From the NCBI GenBank assembly GCA_947632645.1, contig CANRQB010000003.1, positions 10,482 to 74,481 of the forward strand: a DNA stretch of 64,000 nucleotides, in the 5' to 3' direction. Positions 26,548 to 36,211 of this stretch are shown in pieces; position 1 is the stretch's first letter; the number at the start of each line of letters is the position of its first letter. The position numbers and the translations under genes were made by a program. Source of the DNA: an uncultured Clostridia bacterium. Its GTDB lineage: Bacteria > Bacillota > Clostridia > Christensenellales > UBA1242. Under the pieces are notes generated by a model, which searched no databases, was not told the origin of the DNA, and saw only the letters and a program-made list of their open reading frames with translations.

Positions 26548-27936
26548 TTAAACTACCTTTTTTTCTATTTCGTACTCGTTTTGTGGCTTATCTTTTATTG
26601 TGTAGCCGTGCGCCGCAATTTCATCGCGCAGTTTGTCGCTTAGCGTATAATCTTTATTTATGCGGGCTTGTTTTCTTCTTTCGGCTAGTGCAATAATGTC
26701 GTCTGGCACGTCGGTTTTTTCTTCTTCCACGTCGCTTAGTTTAAGGCCTAAAAAGCGGTCGAAATCCAGTACAAGATTGTATATATCGCGGCTGGCAGGG
26801 CGCTTTAATGCTTCCCACATAACGGATAGGGCAAGCGGGCTGTTTATGTCGTCCGCCACATACTCGGTAAATCTTTGTTTTAAGTCATCTATAATTTTTT
26901 GCTCGGTTTTGTCCGCTGAATTTTTGTGTTTTAACAGCAATTTTTTTAGGTTTATATAGCTTTCCTTAGCATTATCCAGCGCATCAAAGGTGAAGTTTTG
27001 CGGCTTACTATAGTGCGCGGATAGATAAAATAAGCGCAAATCCATAGGCGAATAGCCCTTTTCTATAAGGTTATTTAGCGTGTATATGCCGCCGGTGGAC
27101 TTGCTCATTTTGCCGCCGTTAAACATAAGGTGCTCTAGGTGAAACCAAATGTCTACCACCTGGTGCAAATTGCGGGCATAGTTTTGCGCAATTTCGTTTT
27201 CGTGATGCACGGTTTTGTGCTCAACTCCGCCGCCGTGCAAATCTATATGGTCGCCAAAAAATTTGTTGCCGATTGTGCTGCACTCTATGTGCCAGCCAGG
27301 GTAGCCAACCCCCCACGGGCTATCCCAACGCATAATGTGATTATCCTTTGCCAACACCCAAAGCACAAAATCGGCTGGGTTGCGCTTAAAATCGTCCACT
27401 TCTATGCGCGCGCCAAACTTTTTTTCGTTTTGGTTCATCCCGCCCAATCTGCCATAATCGGCAAACTTGCTTGTGTCGAAATACACGCCGTTTGGGGTGA
27501 TGTAGCCAAAGCCGTTATCTAGTATTTTTTGCACAAATTCTATTATCTCTGGTATAACACTGGTGGCGGGGCAGATGTGCTCGGGCTCCTCTATATTTAG
27601 TGCTTGCATATCCTTGTGGCAAATATCCCAATAGAAAGCGGCAACTTCTTCTGGCGTTTTGTGCTCGCGCTTAGAGGCAACCTCCATTTTGTCTTCACCC
27701 TCGTCCTGATCGCTTGTCATATGGCCGACATCGGTTATGTTCATAGCGTGGTTAATTTTGTATCCCAGATATTTAACCGCGCGGCGCACACTATCCATAA
27801 CAAAAAATGCGCGCATATTGCCAATATGCTGAAACCAGTACACAGTAGGCCCGCAAAAATAGTAATTAACCGTGTTGTTAATTGGGTTGAGCGCTTGTTT
27901 TTGTTTAGTTAGCGAGTTGTAAATTTTAAGTTGCAT
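26548..27936 (-). CDS. cysS: Cysteine--tRNA ligase
   Basis: Class I motifs HIGN (FQHIGNMRAFF) and KMSKS (GGKMSKSTGG). 462 aa. Confidence 0.92.
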   Translation of the reverse strand: MQLKIYNSLTKQKQALNPINNTVNYYFCGPTVYWFQHIGNMRAFFVMDSVRRAVKYLGYKINHAMNITDVGHMTSDQDEGEDKMEVASKREHKTPEEVAAFYWDICHKDMQALNIEEPEHICPATSVIPEIIEFVQKILDNGFGYITPNGVYFDTSKFADYGRLGGMNQNEKKFGARIEVDDFKRNPADFVLWVLAKDNHIMRWDSPWGVGYPGWHIECSTIGNKFFGDHIDLHGGGVEHKTVHHENEIAQNYARNLHQVVDIWFHLEHLMFNGGKMSKSTGGIYTLNNLIEKGYSPMDLRLFYLSAHYSKPQNFTFDALDNAKESYINLKKLLLKHKNSADKTEQKIIDDLKQRFTEYVADDINSPLALSVMWEALKRPASRDIYNLVLDFDRFLGLKLSDVEEEKTDVPDDIIALAERRKQARINKDYTLSDKLRDEIAAHGYTIKDKPQNEYEIEKKVV

Positions 27937-27960
27937 CTAAATCTCCTATTAATATATATA

Positions 27961-27989
27961 ATTATATATGCAAATAAAAAATTTGTCAA
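27961..27989 (-). promoter_or_regulatory. sigma-A promoter TTGACA-17-TATAAT for cysS
   Basis: rc of 27984-27989 is TTGACA and rc of 27961-27966 is TATAAT. No T-box-like leader follows. Confidence 0.55.
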
Positions 27990-28085
27990 ACAAAATACAT
28001 GCTAAAAATAATTTTTTAAAAACAAAAAAACGATATAAAATATATCAAAATAAAAATCTTTAAAAAATAAATATAAATTAACAAA

Positions 28086-28108
28086 AAATACTATAAAATA
28101 GCATTTTT
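28086..28108 (+). repeat. Copy c of the recurrent motif AAATACTATAAAATAGCATTTTT in a divergent promoter spacer
   Basis: Same 23-mer family as 20019, 22012 and 35117(rc). No gene ends here, so termination does not explain it. Confidence 0.5.
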
Positions 28109-28156
28109 ATACATTTAATTTACAATAATTTGATATTATGTTTTATATAATTTAAT

Positions 28157-28708
28157 ATGCAATTATTAAAAAATATTTTTAAATATTTAGTATATATTTT
28201 TTTAATTATTTTTTTGGGATTTTTTTGTTTAACTTTATTTGGATTTAATTTTGGCGTGGTTGTGTCCAACAGCATGCAACCAGTATTAACTAAAGGGGAT
28301 TTGGTGCTTATAAATAGCGATAAAAGCGTTAAACCGGGTGATATTATAGCTTTTAACGAGGCAGGGGTGGGAGTTATAATTCATCGCGTGCTAAGGGTGG
28401 CGGAATTTGGCGGTAAAACCTACTATTTGTGTGCGGGCGATAATAATGATTTTTTAGTTGATTTAGACGCGGGAAGAACAAATTTAATCGGCTGGCGTAA
28501 TCGGGCAGAGTTTTTAAATGCCCAGCCAACAGAAACTGCTATGTCGTTAGCAGAAAATGTGGTGGAATATAACAATATTGTGGGTACGGCGATAGTAAGG
28601 TTTAACAATTTGGGTAATGTCGCCATAATTTTAAACAATAAATTAATAATTTTTGTGCTTATTTTATTAACATTTATTTTTACCTTTAAAAATAAAAAAA
28701 ATATCTAA
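28157..28708 (+). CDS. Signal peptidase I, SipW/archaeal (S26B) type
   Basis: N-terminal TM, then VVSNSMQPVLTKGDLVLI (catalytic Ser box) and GDIIAF...IHRV. C-terminal TM. Confidence 0.75.
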   Translation: MQLLKNIFKYLVYIFLIIFLGFFCLTLFGFNFGVVVSNSMQPVLTKGDLVLINSDKSVKPGDIIAFNEAGVGVIIHRVLRVAEFGGKTYYLCAGDNNDFLVDLDAGRTNLIGWRNRAEFLNAQPTETAMSLAENVVEYNNIVGTAIVRFNNLGNVAIILNNKLIIFVLILLTFIFTFKNKKNI

Positions 28709-28838
28709 AAATACTTATTTTAGCGGTGTTTATAAAAATATTTAAACAATTTTTTAATATTTTTTATTAATTTTTTGGCATTTTTTATTTAAATAATTTT
28801 AATATTTTTGAAAATAATGCTAAACGATAGCTATTAAG

Positions 28839-28867
28839 TTGACTTATTTTTAGCAATATGCTAAAAT
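28839..28867 (+). promoter_or_regulatory. sigma-A promoter TTGACT-17-TGcTAAAAT
   Basis: TTGACT at 28839-28844 and TAAAAT at 28862-28867, with TG at 28859-60. The track ATG at 28858 lies inside it. Confidence 0.6.
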
Positions 28868-28893
28868 TAGTTAGATTTTTTACGGGAGGAATT

Positions 28894-29175
28894 ATGCTGT
28901 CGGATAGCGAATTTGAACACCTAAGGAACCTATCTAAATTGGAACTAAGCGAGGGTGAAATTAATAAATTTAAAGCGGATTTTAACGACGTAATCGCTTT
29001 TGCATCTCAGGTTAGCAAGGCACAAGTGGATTTGACTAAATCATATTTTTCCAGCATTAAAATGGAAGATTTACGCGAGGACATGCCCAAGCCAAGTTTA
29101 AAGCAAGAAGAAGTGATTAAAAATGCACCAAACAAAAAAAATGGATGCTTTGTTGTGCCTAGGATTATGGAGTAA
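28894..29175 (+). CDS. gatC: Asp/Glu-tRNA amidotransferase subunit C
   Basis: ATG 28894 after GGGAGGA. ...LSKLELSEGEINKFKADFNDVIAFASQV... is typical GatC, and the gene immediately precedes gatA. Confidence 0.85.
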   Translation: MLSDSEFEHLRNLSKLELSEGEINKFKADFNDVIAFASQVSKAQVDLTKSYFSSIKMEDLREDMPKPSLKQEEVIKNAPNKKNGCFVVPRIME

Positions 29176-29178
29176 TTT

Positions 29179-30603
29179 ATGCTAGAATTAGGTATTGTAG
29201 AGTTAAAAAATCTTATAACAAACAAAAAAACCACATGCGAGGCGCTAACTAAAGCGTACATAGAGGAAATTAAAAAAAGCAAAACCAACGCGGTTATCGA
29301 AGTGTTTAGCGATGCCATTGATTTAGCGCGCGAAATGGATAAAAAAATTGCCGCTGGTTTTAGTGGCAAACTTGCAGGCGTGCCAATTATAATTAAGGAT
29401 AACATTTTGTATAAAGGGCATGTTGCATCGGCCGGTTCGCGCTTTTTAGCGGATTACGTGGCGGAATATTCGTCCACTGTAACCAACAAACTACTAGACG
29501 CCGGCGCAGTTATTATCGGGCGCGCCAATATGGACGAATTTGCCATGGGCAGCAGCACCGAAACCAGTTTCTATGGTCCAACGCTTAACCCGCTAGATAC
29601 AACCCGTGTCCCTGGTGGATCATCGGGCGGAAGTGCGGCAAGTGTGGCAGAAAATTTATGTGCCGCATCGCTTGGAACAGATACGGGCGGCAGCATCCGT
29701 CAGCCAGCAAGTTATTGCGGCTTGGTGGGCATTAAGCCAACCTATGGCCGCATTTCGCGCTATGGGATAATTGCCTTTGCTAGCTCGCTAGATCAGGTGG
29801 GGCCGCTAACCAAAACGGTGGAAGATAATGCCTTGTTGTTAGAAGTGCTGTCGGGCTACGATCAGCATGACGAAACCAGCTCGCATGAAAAGGTGGATAA
29901 CTATACCGCCTATTTAAACAAGCCAATTAAGGGCTTAAAAATAGGGGTAATAAATTCGGTTGAAGCTATGGTAAAGGGCGAGCAAACCGAGCAAGCGTAC
30001 AATAAATTTAAAAATTTTTTGGTGGATAGCGGTGCAGAAATTGTGCCGGTGGATATTAATAATATGGAGCTTGTTTTGCCTGTGTACTACATTATTGCAC
30101 CTGCCGAGGCAACCAGCAATTTGGCGCGCTTTGATGGGGTTAAATACACTCGCCGCAGCCCACGCGCAAAAAATATAGAGGAAATTTTTACTATGTCGCG
30201 CGGGGAAGGGTTTGGCAGCGAGGTTAAGCGCAGAATTATGCTTGGCAACTATGTGCTATCCAGTGGCTATTTTGACGCGTACTATAACAAGGCGCGCGCA
30301 CTTCAATATCAACTTAGGCAAGAGTTTTTGTCCGCTTTTAAAAAGTGCGATGTGCTTGTAACTCCGGTTGCGCGTGGCGAGGCATTTAAGCTGGGGGAAA
30401 AAGCCAACCCAGTGGATGCCTACAAAGAGGATGTGTTTACAGTTAGCGCAAACATAACTGGCTTGCCAGCAATAAGTGTCCCGTTCGATAATGGCAAAAA
30501 TGGCTTGCCAATTGGAATGCAAATTATTGCGCCGCATTTTAGTGAAGGGCTAGTTTACACGGTTGCGGATTATGTGGAAAAACACAAAAATCTAAAAAAT
30601 TAA
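29179..30603 (+). CDS. gatA: Asp/Glu-tRNA amidotransferase subunit A
   Basis: Amidase signature GGSSGGSAASVA and GTDTGGSIRQPASYCG. Confidence 0.93.
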   Translation: MLELGIVELKNLITNKKTTCEALTKAYIEEIKKSKTNAVIEVFSDAIDLAREMDKKIAAGFSGKLAGVPIIIKDNILYKGHVASAGSRFLADYVAEYSSTVTNKLLDAGAVIIGRANMDEFAMGSSTETSFYGPTLNPLDTTRVPGGSSGGSAASVAENLCAASLGTDTGGSIRQPASYCGLVGIKPTYGRISRYGIIAFASSLDQVGPLTKTVEDNALLLEVLSGYDQHDETSSHEKVDNYTAYLNKPIKGLKIGVINSVEAMVKGEQTEQAYNKFKNFLVDSGAEIVPVDINNMELVLPVYYIIAPAEATSNLARFDGVKYTRRSPRAKNIEEIFTMSRGEGFGSEVKRRIMLGNYVLSSGYFDAYYNKARALQYQLRQEFLSAFKKCDVLVTPVARGEAFKLGEKANPVDAYKEDVFTVSANITGLPAISVPFDNGKNGLPIGMQIIAPHFSEGLVYTVADYVEKHKNLKN

Positions 30604-30708
30604 GTTTAAAAAAATATATAAAATATTAAAAAAAGCTATATTATTGATTTGTCAAATAAAAATTAATAAATAGACAAAAAAGATTATTTAGCAATTTTGG
30701 GAGGAAGT

Positions 30709-31224
30709 GTGGAATTAGAAAAATATCGCGATGGCTGGATTGCAGAAGGTATAAATGACTATATCGGTTTTTATACGCGTGAATTTTTTTGCCTAGATAA
30801 TTTTTCTGCTTTTGCAGTGGAAATTGACGGACATGTGTATCCAACAGCCGAACATGCCTATCAATCAGCAAAGTTTATATACACCTCGCCAGAAATTGCC
30901 AAAAAAATTTGGAAATCACGCTCGCCCGGTGAGGCAAAAGCCATTGCGCACAACAATCGCGAAAACTATATAAGCAACTGGGAGGGTACAAAAGTGGATA
31001 TTATGGAAAAGATATTGCGCGCAAAACTAAATCAACATCCATATGTGCGGGAAAAGCTAATGCAAACTAAAAAATATCCTATTTGTTTAGATAGTCCAAT
31101 AGATAGCTTTTGGGGCATTGGGCCGGACAGGAAGGGCGAAAATGTGTTGGGCAAATTGTGGATGAAACTTCGCGCCGAATTGCAACAGCAAACTAAAGCG
31201 GGAAATTCGGATGAAAATAAATAG
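30709..31224 (+). CDS. NADAR (YbiA/DUF1768) family protein
   Basis: DNFSAFAVEIDGHVYPTAEHAYQSAKF and SFWGIGPDRKGENVLGKLWM. GTG 30709 after GGAGG is preferred to TTG 30697. Confidence 0.75.
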   Translation: MELEKYRDGWIAEGINDYIGFYTREFFCLDNFSAFAVEIDGHVYPTAEHAYQSAKFIYTSPEIAKKIWKSRSPGEAKAIAHNNRENYISNWEGTKVDIMEKILRAKLNQHPYVREKLMQTKKYPICLDSPIDSFWGIGPDRKGENVLGKLWMKLRAELQQQTKAGNSDENK

Positions 31225-31306
31225 AAAAATAATACGAAAAAAAATAATAAAAAATAGTTAAAAAATATAAAAAAATTATTGTAAAATAAAATTTTAAGGA
31301 GAAAAC

Positions 31307-32731
31307 ATGCAATACGATGTAGTTATTGGGCTAGAGGTGCACGCCGAACTTAAAACTAACACTAAATGCTTTTGTGCCTGCAAAAACCAGGCGGGTAGCG
31401 AGCCCAACACAAACTGCTGTCCGGTGTGCGTGGGCTTGCCGGGTGCGTTGCCAATTTTAAATAAATTTGCGGTAGAGCAAACCATTCGCGCTGGTTTGGC
31501 GCTTGGGTTTGATATAAATCGCACGGCAATTTTCGAGCGCAAAAACTATTTTTATCCCGACCTTGCTAAAGCGTATCAAATTTCGCAACTGGTTAAGCCA
31601 ATTTGTGTGCATGGCAGTTTGCGCGTTGGAGACAAGGTTATCCCAATCCACCGCATTCATCTGGAAGAAGATGCGGGCAAACTTGTGCATGGTGCGGACG
31701 GTAACACGCTTATTGACTATAATCGCGGAGGCGTTCCGCTTATCGAACTTGTAACCGAAGCGCTGCAAGAGCCACACATCGAAAGTGCAGAAGAAGCAAT
31801 TGCTTTCTTAGAAAAATTGCGCCAGATATACATTTATGCCGGCGTGTCCGATTGCCTTATCGAAAAGGGGCAAATGCGCGCGGATGTTAATGTAAGCTTA
31901 AAACCAAAAGGGTCTAGCACATATGGCACCAAGGTGGAAATGAAAAACATTATGGGATTTAAAAGTGTGTACCGCGCCATAAAGTATGAAATCGAGCGCC
32001 AGCGCGACATTTTAGATGACGGCGGCGTGATAGAGCAGGAAACCCGCAAATGGGATGACGACAAGGGCGAAAATTTCACCCTTCGCACCAAGGAAAACAG
32101 CCAAGATTACCGCTATTTCCCCGACCCAGATTTGTTGGCAGTGGAGATTAGCGATGCCGAAGTTGAACGCATTAAAAAATCCATGCCAATTTTGCCAGAC
32201 GAATTAAAAGCTAGATATATGAACGAGTTTGGCTTAAGCGAGTACGACGCTGATGTGCTGCTGCAATTTAAACATGTAAGTGACTTTTTTAACGAGTGTG
32301 TGGCAGAGTATAATCAACCTAAAAATGTGTGCAACTGGCTTACCACCGAAATTATGGCGCGCATAAAAACCGAAACGGGCGCTGGTCCAATTTTAATTAG
32401 CAAGCAAAATTTGTTATGGCTTATTAAAAATGTGGACGATAAAAAAATAAACCGCCTTAACGCCAAAGAAGTGCTATCTAAGGTTTGGGGCACAAATTTA
32501 AATAGCGAAGCGGTGGCAAAACAAAACAACTGGATAATCGATATCGATAACGGTGCACTGGACGGCATTGTTAAAAAAGTGGTGGATAGTAACCCAAATG
32601 TTGTGGCACAATTTAAGGCGGAAGCTGACCCTAAAATTTTAAACTATTTGGTTGGTCAGGTTATGAAAGAGGTGCGTGGCAAGGCAAGTGCGGCCGATGT
32701 TATGGCAAAAATAAAAGAGTTGTTGGGCTAA
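31307..32731 (+). CDS. gatB: Asp/Glu-tRNA amidotransferase subunit B
   Basis: MQYDVVIGLEVHAELKTNTKCFCAC...RKNYFYPDLAKAYQISQ is canonical GatB. Confidence 0.93.
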   Translation: MQYDVVIGLEVHAELKTNTKCFCACKNQAGSEPNTNCCPVCVGLPGALPILNKFAVEQTIRAGLALGFDINRTAIFERKNYFYPDLAKAYQISQLVKPICVHGSLRVGDKVIPIHRIHLEEDAGKLVHGADGNTLIDYNRGGVPLIELVTEALQEPHIESAEEAIAFLEKLRQIYIYAGVSDCLIEKGQMRADVNVSLKPKGSSTYGTKVEMKNIMGFKSVYRAIKYEIERQRDILDDGGVIEQETRKWDDDKGENFTLRTKENSQDYRYFPDPDLLAVEISDAEVERIKKSMPILPDELKARYMNEFGLSEYDADVLLQFKHVSDFFNECVAEYNQPKNVCNWLTTEIMARIKTETGAGPILISKQNLLWLIKNVDDKKINRLNAKEVLSKVWGTNLNSEAVAKQNNWIIDIDNGALDGIVKKVVDSNPNVVAQFKAEADPKILNYLVGQVMKEVRGKASAADVMAKIKELLG

Positions 32732-32773
32732 ACATTTTAAAATTACAAAAAATAAAAAAAGGTTAAAAGAATT

Positions 32774-34504
32774 ATGTATAGAACATTAAATTTAGGCGAG
32801 GTAGACGAAAAATTAGTCGGCCAAAAAGTTGAACTGGCTGGCTGGGTTAACACTATGCGCGACCACGGCGGCATTGTGTTTATAGACTTGCGCGATAAAT
32901 ACGGCTTAGTTCAACTTACCACACACGACGATAGTTTGCTAACCTCGCTAACACGCGAAAGTGTTATTAGTATAAGCGGCAAAGTGGTGCTGCGCGACGA
33001 ATTTAACATCAACCCAAATATGAAATCGGGCAAAGTGGAAGTGGAAATAGAAACTTTAACCGTGCTTAGCAAGGCACGCAATATTTTGCCGTTTGAAGTG
33101 GAAGATAGCATTAAGGTCAACGAGGAGCTTAGATTAAAACACCGCTATTTGGATTTAAGAAACCAATCCATGCAGGACATGCTAAAACTTCGCGCAGATT
33201 TGTCGTACGAGGTGCGCACCTGCCTAAGAAATTTAGGCTTTACCGAAGTTAACACCCCAATACTTACTGTGCCTAGCCCAGAAGGGGCGAGAGATTATCT
33301 TGTCCCAAGTAGGGTGCACAAGGGCAAATTTTATGCGCTGCCACAGGCACCTCAACAGTTTAAGCAGCTTTTGATGTGTGGCGGATTGGATAAATATTTT
33401 CAAATTGCGCCATGTTTTAGGGATGAAGATCCGCGTGCAGATAGGTTGGCAGGTGACTTTTATCAGATAGATATGGAGATGAGCTTTGCCACCCAAGAGG
33501 ATGTGCACAGTGTGGTGGAAACACTTATTGATAGGATATTTACTAAATTTAGCAAGTTCCCATTTAATAAAGGGCCATTCAAAAAAATTCCGCTTAAAGA
33601 TGCGCTTATAAAATATGGCAGCGATAAGCCAGATCTTAGAAACCCGATAGTTATGCAAGATTTGGGCGAGGTGTTTAAAAACACAACATTTGACGGATTT
33701 AAGGGCAAAACCATCGAGGGCTTTAAAATAACCGCACCAAACCAACCACGCAGTTTTTACGATAAGCTGCAACAATATTTGGTAGATCAGGGCGCAGAGG
33801 GGCTGGCATGGGTGCGTGTGCAAGAGGACGGCACACTAAAAGGGCCTATTGTTAAATTTTTAACCGAAAATGAATGCAAAACCTTAATTGCTACAACGGG
33901 CGCGAAAATTGACGATGACATATTTGTTATTGCGGACAACAATAAAAACAAATGCTATAAATTGGCAGGAATGTTGCGCACACAACTGGGCGAGAAGTTA
34001 GATTTAATAGACAAATCGCGCATAGAGTTTTGCTGGATTGTGGATTTTCCTATGTTCGAACTGGACGACGAGGGCAAAATTCAATTCTGCCACAACCCAT
34101 TTAATATGCCAAAGGGCGGATTAAAGGCACTAGAAACCATGAATCCGCTTGATATAACCGCTTATCAGTACGATTTGGTGGCAAATGGCTACGAAGTTGC
34201 CTCGGGCGCGGTGCGCAACACGGATAGCGCCGCCATGGTTAAGCTGTTTGAAATTGTTGGCTATGGAAAAGAAGAAGTGGAAAAACGCTTTGGCGCATTA
34301 TACACCGCGTTTAGCTATGGCGCACCTCCACACGCGGGCGTTGCCCCTGGGTTTGAACGCCTTATTATGCTTATGCTTGGCATAACCAACATTCGTGATG
34401 TGGTTCCTTTCCCAATGAATAGCAAGGCACAAGATGTGTTAATGGGTGGCCCAATAGAAGCCAGCGAAACTCAGCTAAGAGAATTGCACATAAAATTGCG
34501 TTAA
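32774..34504 (+). CDS. aspS: Aspartate--tRNA ligase (probably non-discriminating, given the adjacent gatCAB)
   Basis: Class II motifs FYALPQAPQQFKQLLM, FRDEDPRADR and GAPPHAGVAPGFERL. Confidence 0.92.
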   Translation: MYRTLNLGEVDEKLVGQKVELAGWVNTMRDHGGIVFIDLRDKYGLVQLTTHDDSLLTSLTRESVISISGKVVLRDEFNINPNMKSGKVEVEIETLTVLSKARNILPFEVEDSIKVNEELRLKHRYLDLRNQSMQDMLKLRADLSYEVRTCLRNLGFTEVNTPILTVPSPEGARDYLVPSRVHKGKFYALPQAPQQFKQLLMCGGLDKYFQIAPCFRDEDPRADRLAGDFYQIDMEMSFATQEDVHSVVETLIDRIFTKFSKFPFNKGPFKKIPLKDALIKYGSDKPDLRNPIVMQDLGEVFKNTTFDGFKGKTIEGFKITAPNQPRSFYDKLQQYLVDQGAEGLAWVRVQEDGTLKGPIVKFLTENECKTLIATTGAKIDDDIFVIADNNKNKCYKLAGMLRTQLGEKLDLIDKSRIEFCWIVDFPMFELDDEGKIQFCHNPFNMPKGGLKALETMNPLDITAYQYDLVANGYEVASGAVRNTDSAAMVKLFEIVGYGKEEVEKRFGALYTAFSYGAPPHAGVAPGFERLIMLMLGITNIRDVVPFPMNSKAQDVLMGGPIEASETQLRELHIKLR

Positions 34505-34515
34505 ATAATAAAAAA

Positions 34516-34549
34516 AATAAGCAAAAATTATTAAAAATGCTTATTTTTT
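34516..34549. terminator. Bidirectional AU-rich terminator candidate
   Basis: AATAAGCA (34516-23) pairs with TGCTTATT (34538-45), flanked by A and T runs, between convergent aspS and spoIIID. Confidence 0.45.
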
Positions 34550-34576
34550 GTATTTTTATTTAATTTATATCAATTT

Positions 34577-34879
34577 TTATAATAATTTTTCGGTGTATTC
34601 CAATTGGTCGTTGTAGTTTATTTCCTTTTTTAGCTGCTCGTATTTGTGTTTTGTGCTTTCGCCACCATGTATATGCTTTATACTAAAATTTTTATCTAGC
34701 AAATGTTTTACTTGCAAAAATAGCGGGTAGTTTATATACTTAAGTTTTGTGCTTAAATCGTGGTGCACTGTGCTTTTTGGTATATTAAACTCGGCGGCTG
34801 TGGCGCGTATTGTGGTTTGATTGTACAAAATGTATTCAGCAAGGTTTATAACGCGTTCATCTATACTATCATCAATCAT
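34577..34879 (-). CDS. spoIIID: Sporulation transcriptional regulator SpoIIID
   Basis: IRATAAEFNIPKSTVHHDLSTKL...IKHIHGGESTKHKYE parallels B. subtilis SpoIIID (VSKSTVHKDLTERL...RHLRGGEATKLKYK). The ATG at 34879 follows AAGGAG. Confidence 0.85.
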   Translation of the reverse strand: MIDDSIDERVINLAEYILYNQTTIRATAAEFNIPKSTVHHDLSTKLKYINYPLFLQVKHLLDKNFSIKHIHGGESTKHKYEQLKKEINYNDQLEYTEKLL

Positions 34880-35116
34880 ATTAAACTCCTTAATCATATA
34901 CTATTGTGAAAAATTGGAGAATATGTCTAATTTTGCAATTTATTTGCAAATAATGTAGAAATATAAGATGATTAATATATAAAAAAAATTAACAAAAAAA
35001 CAAAAAAATTAATACAAAACGCAAATAATATGCAATTTTTATATAATTTTTAATTAATTTTTTAATTTTTTATTAAAATTACCCAACAAAAAAGATTAAA
35101 CCTTTTAAAAATTATA

Positions 35117-35140
35117 AAAAATCTATTTTGTAGTGTTTTT
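35117..35140 (-). terminator. Copy d (reverse orientation) of the recurrent motif, possibly the terminator of the ttcA-like gene
   Basis: The rc reads AAAAAACACTACAAAATAGATTTTT. Confidence 0.35.
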
Positions 35141-35257
35141 TGTTTTGGCAAAATTGCTACTAGTTTGGCGTAAAAATTATAAAAAAACCGCTAAAATCAA
35201 TTTTTTAGCGGGATTTTTAAGCATTTTTGCGTTATTTTTATTAATTTTTTTAAAATT

Positions 35258-35971
35258 TTAATAATTTTCGTTTAATAAGTTATAACTTTCTGGGCTTAAA
35301 ATTGCGTGCTCTATTCGCTTTTTGCTGTTTGGAATTTCTTTTTCTAGTTTGCTAACAAGCTCTTTAATGTCTTTGCGTTTGCTATCGTAATTTGCTGGGC
35401 AGACACTTTTTAGTATAGTAAAATTTTTGCTTGCAGATATAATTTTTTGTTCTTCGCATAAAAACAATGGGCGTATTAGTGTTACCTTGCTGTTGCTCAT
35501 ATACGATTTGGGCTGCATGGTGCTAAGCCGCCCTTCGTAAAACAAACTCATAAAAAAGGTGGTTATAACATCCTGTTTGTGGTGCGCAAGCGCCAATTTG
35601 TTACAATTTAGCCGATTGCAAACCGCATTTAAAGCACCGCGCCGCATTTTTGCACATAAACTGCACGGATTTTTTTCTTTGCGTACATTAAAAACCACCT
35701 CGTTTATGTCGGTTTTTTCCACCACATATTCAACGCCGAGTTCATCGCAAAACTTTTTTATGCCCGAATAATCTAAATTGCCCGAGTATAAATCGATAGT
35801 AACAGCAACCACATCAAAGTTATAAAGCCCAAATTTTTTAAAATTGCAAAGTGCCTTTAAAAGCACCAAACTATCTTTTCCGCCGCTTACGCCAACTGCA
35901 ATTTTGTCGCCGTCGGCTATCAAATTATACTTTTCCACTGCCTTTCTAAGCGCGCTTAAAACCTTTTGCAT
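35258..35971 (-). CDS. ttcA: PP-loop ATPase of the TtcA (tRNA 2-thiocytidine) family
   Basis: PP-loop VGVSGGKDSLVLL and Cys motif CSLCAKMRRGAL. Confidence 0.75.
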   Translation of the reverse strand: MQKVLSALRKAVEKYNLIADGDKIAVGVSGGKDSLVLLKALCNFKKFGLYNFDVVAVTIDLYSGNLDYSGIKKFCDELGVEYVVEKTDINEVVFNVRKEKNPCSLCAKMRRGALNAVCNRLNCNKLALAHHKQDVITTFFMSLFYEGRLSTMQPKSYMSNSKVTLIRPLFLCEEQKIISASKNFTILKSVCPANYDSKRKDIKELVSKLEKEIPNSKKRIEHAILSPESYNLLNENY

Positions 35972-36182
35972 AACTCCTCCGAAATATAAAAAAATTTAAA
36001 ATTTTATAAATTATATCAAAAAATGTGTATTTTTCAACCATTTTTTATGGTTTTTTAATAAAATTTTAAAAATTTTTATCAAATTTACAAAAAATTTTAA
36101 AAATACTAGTTTAAAATATTTCTTACAATTTTTGCCTTTATTTTTTTATTTTAAACAATTTACTACTTTTTTCGATATTTAT

Positions 36183-36211
36183 TTGACTTATTTTGTATAT
36201 TTTTATATAAT
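36183..36211 (+). promoter_or_regulatory. sigma-A promoter TTGACT-17-TATAAT of the giant gene
   Basis: TTGACT at 36183-36188 and TATAAT at 36206-36211. Confidence 0.6.

Noticed and set aside
27937-28156. T-box leader upstream of cysS (likewise checked before gatC and aspS)
   Set aside because: The cysS leader is about 25 nt long between a consensus promoter and the SD. There is no specifier/T-box (AGGGUGGNACCGCG-like) sequence or antiterminator in any of the three regions.
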